This document shows positions 8,189-18,273 of a DNA stretch of 64,000 nucleotides, in pieces (positions within the stretch are counted from its first letter, which is position 1; each line of letters starts with the position of its first letter). Source of the stretch: an uncultured Spirochaetales bacterium (GTDB lineage: Bacteria; UBP6; UBA1177); the NCBI GenBank assembly GCA_964630905.1, contig CAZVWR010000006.1, positions 6,232 to 70,231 of the forward strand. The letters are read 5' to 3'. Made by a program: the position numbers and the translations under genes. The notes beneath the pieces are model-generated. The model was not told where the DNA came from. It worked only from the letters and a program-made list of their open reading frames with translations, and searched no databases.

Positions 8189-11100
8189 TTATTCAATAAC
8201 AGTCAGTTTTTGTGACTGGTCGTTATGTTTCTGTTCGGGGTTGTAGTATGGGTTGACTGATGATTCGCCGGTCGCCCCTTCCATCGGATAGTCTGCAAGA
8301 AGTTCAAAATTGAATGTAGCGGTCGCGCCGTTTGCGATGTGGTTGATGTAGAGTATCACCTGTCTTGGTGTGGTTTCATATTTCTGGAGATATGTTCCTG
8401 CTTCAACAGCGGTATCAAGCTGTGCCGGAATAAGTGTGAATCCCGGTGCGATACCGATGCTTGCAAGGACCATGCTCACTCCGGCGTCACTTACATTTTT
8501 AACTGTGACTGTGACTCCGACTGTATCGTTCACATTCAGAGAGGTCTTGTCATAGTTGACATCAATCGTGAGCGGACCTGTTGAAGTGTCATCTTCACCC
8601 GGAATGTACCATGTTGCGGTTGCCTGATACATCATGCTTCCTTCACCTGTGAAATTGATCTCGATATTGTTCTCACCGTAAACAAGGTGCTCTTTGAAAT
8701 CGATCAGACGGAGCACATCAGAGTTTTCAGGAGTGATGACTATTGTGGTTTCAGGTGAACCGTTAGCACTCACTTTTACAGTCGCGTCAGCTTCTGAAGT
8801 GCCGTTGTTGAGCGATTCGATCATGAATCTCAATGCAAGGATAGTTCCCTGAGTCGTTGACCAGTTGCCGAAAGAATCCTTCTGTCTTACAAGCCAGTTA
8901 AGTATCTGACCTGCAACATCTGAATATCCGCCTTTGTCAAGAAGGAGAAGTCCTATAAGAGCGGTCGTTTCAAGATTTGCTCCATCGCCACTGCTGTAAG
9001 TCTCTGTATTTACAGTCTGTTCCCAGTGTGCTCCACCTTCTTCATCTTCGATTTTCTTGTCGAGGATGTCGCTGATGAGCTTATTTATGACAGTTGCACT
9101 TCCACCATTTTTTACAAGTGCGATAGCGGTCATTGCCATTGAATATGTGTCTTCAGCTTTTGAAGCGTTGTTTTCAAGATATTTCACAGCGTTCTTTCTT
9201 GCAGTTTCCTCTTTGTCAGCCCTTGAAAGTGCCCATGCTCCATAAGCTGTTGTTCTTAAAAGTGAATTCTCAAAATTATTTATCGCCCCTTCAGCAATTC
9301 CGCCGCTAGTAGGAATAAATGACCCGTCAGAGTTCTGTTTTGAAGCCATCCATGCCGCAGTTCTTGTGATAATGGCAGGATCGACCTCGTGGACTGCGCT
9401 CATGTCAACAAATTCAAGAAGTCCGTAAGCAGTGAGAACAAAATGGGCAGGTTCAGCACCGAACCATTCAAATCCGCCGCCAGTGACTTCATAAGTGAGA
9501 AGCCGCTGATAACCCTGAGTTATGAAATCCCTTGCCTTAAGCTCGATCTCAGGGGTCAGGGTATCCGTTGCGATCATGTACTGAAGCACAAGAATGTTCG
9601 GATATGTAGCAGATGAAGTCTGTTCAAAACAGCCGTAAGGCATCTGGAACATCGAATCAAGCCCTTCAACAGCCTGAGACATGATGCCGGGATAGATTTT
9701 AACAAAAAGTTCAGCACTGTCAGCGATCGCATTTTCAGGAATTGTGATCGTAATGCTCTTGTTTCCGTTCAGCAGTGCACTTTCCGATTTGTCAGCCATT
9801 ATTCCGTCAGGTTTTACGGTGACACTTCTTTTCACAGCGTCTGACATTTTTGAACCGTGTGCGAATACTGTGAGAGAGTGTTTTCCTATTTTAAGAACTT
9901 TTATCGGGAAATATGCGGCTGAAACCGAATTTGCCGGAACTGTCACTTCAATCGCGGATGAGCCTGTCATTTCAAACCACTCCTCAGAATCGGCTTCAAG
10001 AGTAATTTTCTGAGATTCATTAAGGTAATTGTAAATTCCGACAGGAACAGCAACTTCATCGTTTTGCGTAAGGAAAACAGGGAAATCAATGTCAACGAAG
10101 AAATCCTGGAAAACTCTTATGCTGTCAAGAGAACTGCCAAGACCGCCGTTCAAGCTGTTGGCAAGAGATGTAACTCTCCATGTGGTAATTGAGTCAGCCA
10201 TCAGCACTTCAAGTTCAGCGACGCCCTTTTCATCAGTAATGAGCTGAGGATTGTAGTAAAGCGTTTCAGGGAACCATTCACGAACTTTAACTTTTGCATT
10301 CGGTTCACCGCCGGTATCCCCTGAATCACCGCTGTCTCCGTTATCTTCAGGATCCCCGCCCGTTGCCGCTTCATCGCTTACCTCACCGTTATCCATTTCG
10401 CCCCATTGTGCTTCACAGACCTTTATTTCCATTGTGATGTCGTCTTTTGTTCCTGCTGTTTCATCAGGTCCTGCCGAGATCAGAGTTGCAAGAGCTTTTT
10501 CGTAATCTGCGGTTCCGGGAGTTCCCGACATGATGTTGTCCCACGGGTCGGTGTTTTCAGGTTTTGCGAGTATTTTATCAAGTTCTTCCTCAGAGATCGC
10601 TCCGTTTGTGCAGTCAGAAGTTTCGCCGTTATCAAGAGCTTTAAAAATTGCATCAGCTTTTGCTTTTGCCGCCGCCGTAGAAGCTGAAAGATATGCGTTT
10701 TCAGATTGGGAGTAGTCATCCGCCGCAACGCCGTGGCTTAAATTGCCCGCATTTCCTGCAAAGAACGCATCGGCTTTCTTTTCAATCTCTTCTGCCTGTT
10801 CTTCATCTTCAACAGGGGTTACGATCTCTTCATAACTTGTGCCGTAGATCGCATAAGTCGATTCCATCACAGAACTTTCGATGTTGAAATATGTCTGTTC
10901 CATTCCCGGAATGAAATCCATCACATGGAAGACGGCTTCATCAACCATTGCAACTCCGAGTGCCGCAACGACCGGTTTACCTTCAGCATCTTTTATTTTG
11001 AACTGCGCTTTTGCCGTTTCTCTAGGCTTATATTCTTCTTTATCAGTAGAGAATTCGATATTGAGCGAACTTGATCTTCTTACATACACTCCCTTGGAGG

Positions 11101-13072
11101 AACGGATGATATTTCCTTCTTTTGTAAGGTAATAAGCAAGAATTTCAACAGGTCCGTGCATCGTTTCATCAAGAGTGATGTCTGTGCTCCCTTTTCCTTC
11201 CTTGAATTCGACAGTCTTCATCAGTCTTATCTGCCCGTCTGCTATCACATCGATATACGCTCTGTCGGGAAGCATTGACGGCTGCGGCATTTCAGGGTCG
11301 TATCCCGTAAAAATGTTGACGGTCATCGTATCTCCGGTGCCATAAATAGACGAATCTGTCGAAAGGAATACAAATTCGCTGTTGTCGTCTTTGGTGAAAA
11401 TAACATCGCTTTCAAATGTCTTGTCTTCGTATTTTACTGTAACTTTTACAGCTTCAGAATCTGTGAGAGCCATTTTAAACTCTGCAAAACCGCTTTCGCC
11501 GACAGTTATCTTTTCGGAATTTTCACCTGCTTTTACAGTGACTTCAGCCGCGAGCGGAGTTCCGTTCGGATCGGTGAGTATGAAGTACATATCCTGCTCA
11601 ATTCCGGGAAGCATTTTTCCTGCGGCCGGAACAAGTGTTGCGATCACAGGGGCTTTTACAACTTTTATTGTTTTAACTGTGGACTGTTCGTGGTCTGCGG
11701 TATCTGTGACCGTTATCTCAAATTTTACGGTTGCCTTTCCCTGATCAAGCTCGCTTCCTGTAAAATAGTCAGGAAGTTTTGCCTCAAAATTATATTTTCC
11801 ATCTTTAGTCAGAGTTGCATCAATTATTTTCACAGTATTTTCAGACACATCGAAAGTTTTTACTTCGATATGGACACTTCCTCCGCTCACCGGCTTTCCG
11901 TAGAAATAATTTGAAGTTATAGATCCTTTTACAGTTTCGCCGGGCATGTAAAAGCCTTTGTCGGCTTTGAAATCTATCCCGAACTTAGGAAGCACATATC
12001 TTTCGACAGTTATGGTCTTTTCAGAAGAAATATTCCCGTCAACTAAAGCAGAAATTGTGTAATTTCCGAGATTTACAAGATTTGCAAGTTTGAAGTCGGC
12101 GGCAAATATTCCGTATCCGCTGGTTTTTCCCTTTTCTTTATATACTTTATTGCCTTTCGGGTCGGTTATTTCAAGAGTTATGTCGCTGTCTGTGATCGGG
12201 TTCTTTGCAGGAAGTTCAAGTGAAAGTGTCCTGATGTGAATTGTCTGACCGGGCTGATAGAGAGGTTTGTCGGTTGTCAGAAGTATTTTGCTCAGTTGTT
12301 CCGCAACAACTTCAGTTTCAACGCTTCTTGTTCCGTATGCGGTTTCAGTTGTCACCACCATTTTAAGGGTGCCGAAAACCGATTCATCAACAGAAACAGG
12401 GACGGATGCCATTCCGGATTCATCAGTTTTTGCAGTGAATGTTCCGACAAGTTCCTCTCCGCTGAAAAGTTCGACATTGAGGTCTTTGTTCATGATAGGG
12501 TCGCCGCTCATTATCGGGTCGCCAGAAAGGACATCATTAACAAAAAGACGGAAAATTGATTCTTCACCCTTAATTATCTGAGCACTTCCAAGTATCTGGG
12601 TTTTTATTCTGGGTGATATCCGAAACATTGAAAGTTTGCCGTTGAGGTCGTAATCACTCCATTTTATTGAATATTTCATTAACAGGTTCGAAAGGTCCTC
12701 AAGCCCCGGAACATAATCTTTTCCGAGTTCGATTACTATTTCATTTGTAAGTGGAGTAATTGTCGATTTCACAGATCTTGTCAGATTTTCCACATTCGTT
12801 CCGTCAAGCTTGTCCACATTGACTGAAATATCGGCCATGATCGAAGGTGAGCTGCTTTCAAGCTGTGCAGGAATGTTAAGAAGGTATTTTTCCGATTCAT
12901 AGGAAATATAGATCTTAGCTTCATTTACTTCAAGAGGCCCTACTTTTATGACCCGGTCGCTTTCATCGTCAAAAGGATTTTTCTTTTTTCCTGTCTTAGA
13001 AGCCGAATTTTCACAGGAAAAAAGAAAAACAGCAAAAATCGTCATAATTACTGTCAAAAACTTAACTTTCAT
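8189..13072 (-). CDS. bacterial alpha-2-macroglobulin family lipoprotein
   Basis: 1627 aa. Lipobox (VFLFSC). Acidic bait-like insert (GGDPEDNGDSGDSGDTGGEPN) followed by WFPETLYYNP. Thioester-type motif MPYGCFEQT. Overall MG-domain-scale length. Confidence 0.9.
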   Translation of the reverse strand: MKVKFLTVIMTIFAVFLFSCENSASKTGKKKNPFDDESDRVIKVGPLEVNEAKIYISYESEKYLLNIPAQLESSSPSIMADISVNVDKLDGTNVENLTRSVKSTITPLTNEIVIELGKDYVPGLEDLSNLLMKYSIKWSDYDLNGKLSMFRISPRIKTQILGSAQIIKGEESIFRLFVNDVLSGDPIMSGDPIMNKDLNVELFSGEELVGTFTAKTDESGMASVPVSVDESVFGTLKMVVTTETAYGTRSVETEVVAEQLSKILLTTDKPLYQPGQTIHIRTLSLELPAKNPITDSDITLEITDPKGNKVYKEKGKTSGYGIFAADFKLANLVNLGNYTISALVDGNISSEKTITVERYVLPKFGIDFKADKGFYMPGETVKGSITSNYFYGKPVSGGSVHIEVKTFDVSENTVKIIDATLTKDGKYNFEAKLPDYFTGSELDQGKATVKFEITVTDTADHEQSTVKTIKVVKAPVIATLVPAAGKMLPGIEQDMYFILTDPNGTPLAAEVTVKAGENSEKITVGESGFAEFKMALTDSEAVKVTVKYEDKTFESDVIFTKDDNSEFVFLSTDSSIYGTGDTMTVNIFTGYDPEMPQPSMLPDRAYIDVIADGQIRLMKTVEFKEGKGSTDITLDETMHGPVEILAYYLTKEGNIIRSSKGVYVRRSSSLNIEFSTDKEEYKPRETAKAQFKIKDAEGKPVVAALGVAMVDEAVFHVMDFIPGMEQTYFNIESSVMESTYAIYGTSYEEIVTPVEDEEQAEEIEKKADAFFAGNAGNLSHGVAADDYSQSENAYLSASTAAAKAKADAIFKALDNGETSDCTNGAISEEELDKILAKPENTDPWDNIMSGTPGTADYEKALATLISAGPDETAGTKDDITMEIKVCEAQWGEMDNGEVSDEAATGGDPEDNGDSGDSGDTGGEPNAKVKVREWFPETLYYNPQLITDEKGVAELEVLMADSITTWRVTSLANSLNGGLGSSLDSIRVFQDFFVDIDFPVFLTQNDEVAVPVGIYNYLNESQKITLEADSEEWFEMTGSSAIEVTVPANSVSAAYFPIKVLKIGKHSLTVFAHGSKMSDAVKRSVTVKPDGIMADKSESALLNGNKSITITIPENAIADSAELFVKIYPGIMSQAVEGLDSMFQMPYGCFEQTSSATYPNILVLQYMIATDTLTPEIELKARDFITQGYQRLLTYEVTGGGFEWFGAEPAHFVLTAYGLLEFVDMSAVHEVDPAIITRTAAWMASKQNSDGSFIPTSGGIAEGAINNFENSLLRTTAYGAWALSRADKEETARKNAVKYLENNASKAEDTYSMAMTAIALVKNGGSATVINKLISDILDKKIEDEEGGAHWEQTVNTETYSSGDGANLETTALIGLLLLDKGGYSDVAGQILNWLVRQKDSFGNWSTTQGTILALRFMIESLNNGTSEADATVKVSANGSPETTIVITPENSDVLRLIDFKEHLVYGENNIEINFTGEGSMMYQATATWYIPGEDDTSTGPLTIDVNYDKTSLNVNDTVGVTVTVKNVSDAGVSMVLASIGIAPGFTLIPAQLDTAVEAGTYLQKYETTPRQVILYINHIANGATATFNFELLADYPMEGATGESSVNPYYNPEQKHNDQSQKLTVIE

Positions 13073-13262
13073 GGTTCTCTCCCCATATTGTTAAAAAAAA
13101 CAAGTGGCTCTTTAGTTCTATAAACAGCGGAAATTTATTTAAATATTCTACTCAAGATGCGATTTTTTACAAAAAAAACCATTCGTCTGGAAGAAAATCT
13201 GTTTTATGGAAACAAAAATAGTTGAACGATTGAGCAAATGTTCAAGTAAGTGTCTGGACTAT

Positions 13263-13289
13263 TTGACTAAAACCGGTTTTTGATATAAT
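13263..13289 (+). promoter_or_regulatory. putative extended -10 promoter
   Basis: TTGACT (13263..13268), 15-nt spacer, TGaTATAAT (13281..13289), about 35 nt upstream of ATG 13325. Confidence 0.4.
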
Positions 13290-13324
13290 CTTTTGCGGTT
13301 TTAAATGAATTTTTCAAAGGTCTT

Positions 13325-15436
13325 ATGAAGGTTACGATTCTGATTTTCACACTTTTTCTGTTTTCCTGCAATTCGGGCAATTCAACATTGGATACAGATA
13401 ATTTTTCTGATGCTGACAGTTCTGATTATGATGAAGCTGAAGATGTTTGTGATAATGATATTGAAGAGTTAATTGACGAAGAGCCGGACGAAATTCCTGA
13501 TATTGTCTATCCTGAGCCGACATGTATTGAAATATATGAGGGAGATCCGAAATCAAAATTGTGTTTCGGTCCTGTGAAAACAAAAGTGAAATGCAACGGT
13601 TTTCCCAAAGACGGAGAGTACACAATCATTCTTAATGAAAACAACCTTATCGGCAACACAAGTGATCCGATGGATATAAATGATGATTTTGTGTTTTTTC
13701 CGATTTATCCTAAAAATGAGAATATCCGTGCAAACATTTATGGCTGCAATAGGCTTGACGGATATCTTTATGAAATTGTTTCTTCCAAATACAACCATCA
13801 GTATTTCACTGTTGATCATAATTTGATAGTTTTTATGGTATGGGATTCAGACTCTAAACTATTGCTGGGGAATCTTATAACAAATGAACTTAAGGAATTG
13901 AAAGACTGGGGAGGGCATGGAAAACTTCAATTAAACTATCCTTATCTTACTTATCTTGGCGGTGTTAGAAATCCACGGATTCTTAACCTTGAAACAAATG
14001 AAACGGCAGAGCTTAACTGGCTGAAAGGACCGTTTCCGAGGAATGACGGGAAACATCTTGTGCTGACCGGTTATTATAAACAGCCGGGAGAGGGAGATGA
14101 TGACACTCCTTTCGGGTCAGCCGCATGGATAGTTGATATGGAGACACTTGAAACAAGGCCTCTTAATGTTACGGCTTCATTTGCCGAAGGAGTTGTCAAT
14201 ATAGAAGGCGATTATGTTTTTATCGGTTCAGGTCGAGATACGGTTTATTATGAAGACTATCCGATGCAGTACAGCGGAATGGATATTTACACATTCAACC
14301 TTAAAACAAAACGGGAAGAAAAGATGACTCCTGAGATAAAAGGGATCTTTGAAGGGAACAGCATTAGACCGAGCTTTGAATATCCATATTTTCATTATGT
14401 TTCGAATGAGGATGACTATCTGTACAGCGGAGGAAGTTTTATTTACAATATTGAAACAGAGGAAGTAACTCCCTTCTGGGAAGGGACAGGAGATCAGTGG
14501 ATTTACATAAAAAACAGATATGTTCTGATGGGCAGTAATTATCGTCATGGGTTATCAAAAATATCCAATCTTCCCAGAGAACATGACGACAGTCAGTGTC
14601 ATGACAACAATATCTGCACCGATGACAGATATTTTGTAACAGACGGAAAATGTCATTTTATACCCAACCATGAAAGATGTGATGACAATGATGTTGATAC
14701 ACTTCTTGATGTCTGCGTTGAAGGGATCTGTCAGGGATACTCAGGAACAGGCACAGATGAAGGAATGGTTTATGTCACTGCCGGCAGTTTTATTTATGAC
14801 GGACTTGAATTCAGGATAAAAAAACCGTTTATGATGGATATATTTGAAGTTACCAACAGTGATTATGAAAAATGTGTTGAATCAAAAGCATGTGTCCAGC
14901 CGTTAAAGAACCGTTCGCTGACAGTGATAGATTATTATGGCAATCCGCTTTATGACAACTATCCTGTTCTTTATGTGAACCATTATGAAGCGCAAATCTA
15001 CTGCAACTGGCTCGGAAAAAGACTACCCACCGAATTTGAATGGATGAAAGCGACATGGGACGGCACAGAGAAAACTTATCTCTGGGGAGAAGAGGAACCG
15101 ACAACAACGAATTATTATGCAAGAACAACAACAGGTTTTCTTGGAGCCGTCGGATATGATGTTGTCGAAGTCGGTACATTCCCTGTTGATAAAACAGTTT
15201 CCGGAATTATGGACATGTCAGGCAATGTCGGAGAGTGGACAACAAGTGAATGGAACTATGACCTCTGTGTTGAACCACCTTGTGAAGGATATTTCGGCTC
15301 AGACCTTGTCGTTGTCAAAGGCGGAGGAACTGACACCGGACCTGAACTTAAAACCAGACACCCCTACACTCCGTGGACACACTCATTTTTTACCGGATTC
15401 CGATGTGTGAAAGATGTGGGAATAAAACTTGATTGA
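13325..15436 (+). CDS. lipoprotein with C-terminal FGE-sulfatase (SUMF1-like) domain
   Basis: 703 aa. Lipobox LFLFSC, then an acidic linker. C-terminal region has MVYVTAGSFIYDG, FEVTNSDYEKC, YCNWLGKRLPTEFEWMKA, DMSGNVGEWT and FTGFRCVKD, typical of the formylglycine-generating-enzyme fold. Confidence 0.8.
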   Translation: MKVTILIFTLFLFSCNSGNSTLDTDNFSDADSSDYDEAEDVCDNDIEELIDEEPDEIPDIVYPEPTCIEIYEGDPKSKLCFGPVKTKVKCNGFPKDGEYTIILNENNLIGNTSDPMDINDDFVFFPIYPKNENIRANIYGCNRLDGYLYEIVSSKYNHQYFTVDHNLIVFMVWDSDSKLLLGNLITNELKELKDWGGHGKLQLNYPYLTYLGGVRNPRILNLETNETAELNWLKGPFPRNDGKHLVLTGYYKQPGEGDDDTPFGSAAWIVDMETLETRPLNVTASFAEGVVNIEGDYVFIGSGRDTVYYEDYPMQYSGMDIYTFNLKTKREEKMTPEIKGIFEGNSIRPSFEYPYFHYVSNEDDYLYSGGSFIYNIETEEVTPFWEGTGDQWIYIKNRYVLMGSNYRHGLSKISNLPREHDDSQCHDNNICTDDRYFVTDGKCHFIPNHERCDDNDVDTLLDVCVEGICQGYSGTGTDEGMVYVTAGSFIYDGLEFRIKKPFMMDIFEVTNSDYEKCVESKACVQPLKNRSLTVIDYYGNPLYDNYPVLYVNHYEAQIYCNWLGKRLPTEFEWMKATWDGTEKTYLWGEEEPTTTNYYARTTTGFLGAVGYDVVEVGTFPVDKTVSGIMDMSGNVGEWTTSEWNYDLCVEPPCEGYFGSDLVVVKGGGTDTGPELKTRHPYTPWTHSFFTGFRCVKDVGIKLD

Positions 15437-15549
15437 TTCCTGCTTTTTGGGTTGCTGCTATAAACAAATCTTAAAATTGTTATTTATGTTAAATTATGTA
15501 AAATATCTGCGTATTCAGGTTTATTACTTTTTTTGATAGGGAGTGAAAG

Positions 15550-16869
15550 ATGAAACTCAATCTGTTTATCGCTGTTATTTCAGCGGTTTTCTTTTTTATG
15601 GGCTGTTCAAGTGGTGAAAGCAAAACAAATGATGACTCCAAAACTGATGATTTTGTGAAGACAGATGACGAGGCGGTGATAGACAACGAAGTGACAGACG
15701 ATGCAGTTGATCCGGTCTGTGGCAATGCAACTGTTGAAACAGGCGAAGTTTGTGACGGCGGTGAGAAGGATTGCAAAGTTCTTGATTCAGCAAAATGGGG
15801 TTCAGGCAAAGCGGCATGCAAAACCGACTGTTCAGGATATGACGAAACAAACTGTGTTGAAATAGTACTTTGCGGAAATGAAACTGTCGATACAGGTGAA
15901 GAGTGTGACACAAAAGATGAAATACCATGTGAATCAATAGATGTGATCTATGTTTCAGGAACGGCAACATGTTCTGATGAATGCAAAATGGATCTTACAG
16001 GCTGTGTAAAAAAATGCGGTAACGGGACAGTCGATGAAGGCGAAGATTGCGAATATAAAGAAGGTGAAGAGACGCAGTATTCCATCAGTTGTCACAAACT
16101 GAGCTGGCTTGAATATAAAAGCGGTGACGCTGTCTGCGGAACTGACTGCAAATGGGATAAAACCGCATGTGTGGCTCTTGATGTTGTTCCTCAGTACGGA
16201 GTTCTTACCAAGATAGGACTTAATGAAGTTGGCACGATTACTGATTCAAAAAAGTTGTGTGTACCAAAAGAAGGCGAAGATGGATGCGATTTCGATGCTC
16301 AGTATGCGTTAGGTGCTGTAAAAAAAGGTCCGGATATATCAGGAAGCTATGGTAACAACAAAACATTCCTTCAAAAACCCAATATATTTTCAGGAAAAAC
16401 AGGCGACAAATACAGTCTTGCAGTAAACAAGGGATTTGATCCGCTTCCGGAGAAGTTTTTTACGCTCTTTGCTTCAATTGCATATACTCCAATCACTTTT
16501 GATAATATCGAAATGTTTGGACCTCAGGTGGTGTTGATGTTCAATTCCGAAACGATTCCCAACACAACGCCAGGCACAGAAGATTACTATAATATCGGTG
16601 GAATAGGAGATGATGATATAATTATTGCTATCGGTGAACAGTTTGTTTCTTCTGATACGATAGATGTGGATTCGCTCTGTATTGCCGCAATCGCTTTTGG
16701 AAAGAAAATGGTGGTTTCCAATGCATTCAATGTTATGCAGGATGGCGGCGGCGGATCCATAACTTTTTCAGGTTTTGACATTCCCCTTTACCACCCGACC
16801 GAAACTCCGCTTGGAGATCTTACTGAAATGGTTAAGGAATACGGACTTGAGAACATTTGCGACAAATAA
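15550..16869 (+). CDS. lipoprotein with four myxobacterial-type cysteine-rich repeats
   Basis: 439 aa. Lipobox FFFMGC. About four repeats of CGNxTVxTGExCDGG...C...G.A.C..DCSGYD...C (for example VCGNATVETGEVCDGGEKDC, LCGNETVDTGEECD, KCGNGTVDEGEDCE). The C-terminal ~230 aa are unassigned. Confidence 0.75.
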   Translation: MKLNLFIAVISAVFFFMGCSSGESKTNDDSKTDDFVKTDDEAVIDNEVTDDAVDPVCGNATVETGEVCDGGEKDCKVLDSAKWGSGKAACKTDCSGYDETNCVEIVLCGNETVDTGEECDTKDEIPCESIDVIYVSGTATCSDECKMDLTGCVKKCGNGTVDEGEDCEYKEGEETQYSISCHKLSWLEYKSGDAVCGTDCKWDKTACVALDVVPQYGVLTKIGLNEVGTITDSKKLCVPKEGEDGCDFDAQYALGAVKKGPDISGSYGNNKTFLQKPNIFSGKTGDKYSLAVNKGFDPLPEKFFTLFASIAYTPITFDNIEMFGPQVVLMFNSETIPNTTPGTEDYYNIGGIGDDDIIIAIGEQFVSSDTIDVDSLCIAAIAFGKKMVVSNAFNVMQDGGGGSITFSGFDIPLYHPTETPLGDLTEMVKEYGLENICDK

Positions 16870-16884
16870 AACAGGGGGCGTAAA

Positions 16885-18261
16885 ATGAAAATCAACAGAA
16901 CAATTTTCAGACAGTATGATGTTCGTGGACATGTCAATGTGGACCTGACAGAGGATTTTGCATACAGCCTTGCAAGAGGATGTGCCGCATATTATAAAAA
17001 AGAACTTCCTTCAATTAAAAAAGTGAGCATCGGTCATGACGCAAGAGAAAGTTCACCCCTTTTTGCTAGTGCACTCATCAAAGGTTTCAACGACAGCGGA
17101 ATAGATACAGTTTTCATCGGAATGGTTCCCACCGGTCTTCTTTATTTTTCGATGTTCAACCTTGATGTGCAGGCATCGGTCATGATAACGGGAAGCCACA
17201 ATCCGCCTGAATACAACGGTTTTAAGATCAATCTTATTGACCTTCCTGTTTACGGAGACGGCATACAGAAGATAGCTGATATCATGGAAGGAGATGATTT
17301 CATCGACGCGAAAGTCAAAGGGAAGAATAGTGAATACAACATCATTCCCGATTTTGAAAAGTATATTCTCAAAAACATAAAAATTCAAAATCCTGAGAAA
17401 TTAAAGATAGTTGTGGATTCAGGCAATGGAGTTGGCGGTTTTGTCGCAGTTCCTATCTTAAGAAAAATGGGTGTAAATGTCATAAGTATTTTTGAAGAGC
17501 CGGATGGAACTTTCCCCAACCATCATCCCGACCCGACAGTTGAAAAATATATTCAGGACATGATAAAGACAGTCATTGCTGAAAAAGCTGATTTCGGTAT
17601 CGGTTATGACGGTGATGCAGACAGGATCGGACTTGTTGACCGTAACGGAAAGATAATCTGGGGTGATAAAATTCTCACTATTTTTGCCAGAAGTATCCTT
17701 GAAGAAGTCCCAGGCGCAACGATAGTAGGTGAGGTTAAATGCAGCAAGACTCTTTATGACGATATTAAGAAAAGGGGCGGAAAAGGGATAATGTGGAAAG
17801 CAGGACATTCGCTTATCAAAGCAAAGATGAAAGAGACCGGAGCCGCATTCGGCGGAGAGATGAGCGGACACATATTTTTCAAGCACCGCTTTTTCGGATA
17901 TGACTGTGCGATATATTCAACTTTCAGACTTCTTGAGATAGTTTCAAAAATGGAGATTGTCGATTTTGACAAACTTCTCGTTGGAATTCCTGAAACTTTT
18001 TCAACGCCTGAGATCAGAGTTGAAGTTGATGACCTTAAAAAATTCGGGATTGTAGAAAATGTCGTCAAATATTTCAAAAATGAAGGACTTGATGTGAATG
18101 ATATTGACGGAGTAAGGGTCACTTTCGATGACGGCTGGGGGCTGATGCGTCCGAGCAACACCCAGAATGTAATAGTGCTTAGAGTCGAAGCTGATTCGTT
18201 GAAAAGAATGAATGAAATAAAAGAGTTACTTGAAAGAAAACTTGATGAGTACAACAGATAA
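16885..18261 (+). CDS. phosphomannomutase/phosphoglucomutase
   Basis: 458 aa. Active-site loop [13 protein letters not shown], metal loop GYDGDADR, and GEMSGH sugar-binding motif. Confidence 0.9.
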   Translation: MKINRTIFRQYDVRGHVNVDLTEDFAYSLARGCAAYYKKELPSIKKVSIGHDARESSPLFASALIKGFNDSGIDTVFIGMVPTGLLYFSMFNLDVQASVMITGSHNPPEYNGFKINLIDLPVYGDGIQKIADIMEGDDFIDAKVKGKNSEYNIIPDFEKYILKNIKIQNPEKLKIVVDSGNGVGGFVAVPILRKMGVNVISIFEEPDGTFPNHHPDPTVEKYIQDMIKTVIAEKADFGIGYDGDADRIGLVDRNGKIIWGDKILTIFARSILEEVPGATIVGEVKCSKTLYDDIKKRGGKGIMWKAGHSLIKAKMKETGAAFGGEMSGHIFFKHRFFGYDCAIYSTFRLLEIVSKMEIVDFDKLLVGIPETFSTPEIRVEVDDLKKFGIVENVVKYFKNEGLDVNDIDGVRVTFDDGWGLMRPSNTQNVIVLRVEADSLKRMNEIKELLERKLDEYNR

Positions 18262-18273
18262 CCGGAGTAATAC

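Noticed and set aside
12490-12530. SGDPIM-SGDPIM tandem duplication in the A2M gene as a slippage or phase-variation site
   Set aside because: The two 18-bp copies differ at several synonymous positions. The duplication is therefore old and is not a homogeneous slippery tract.
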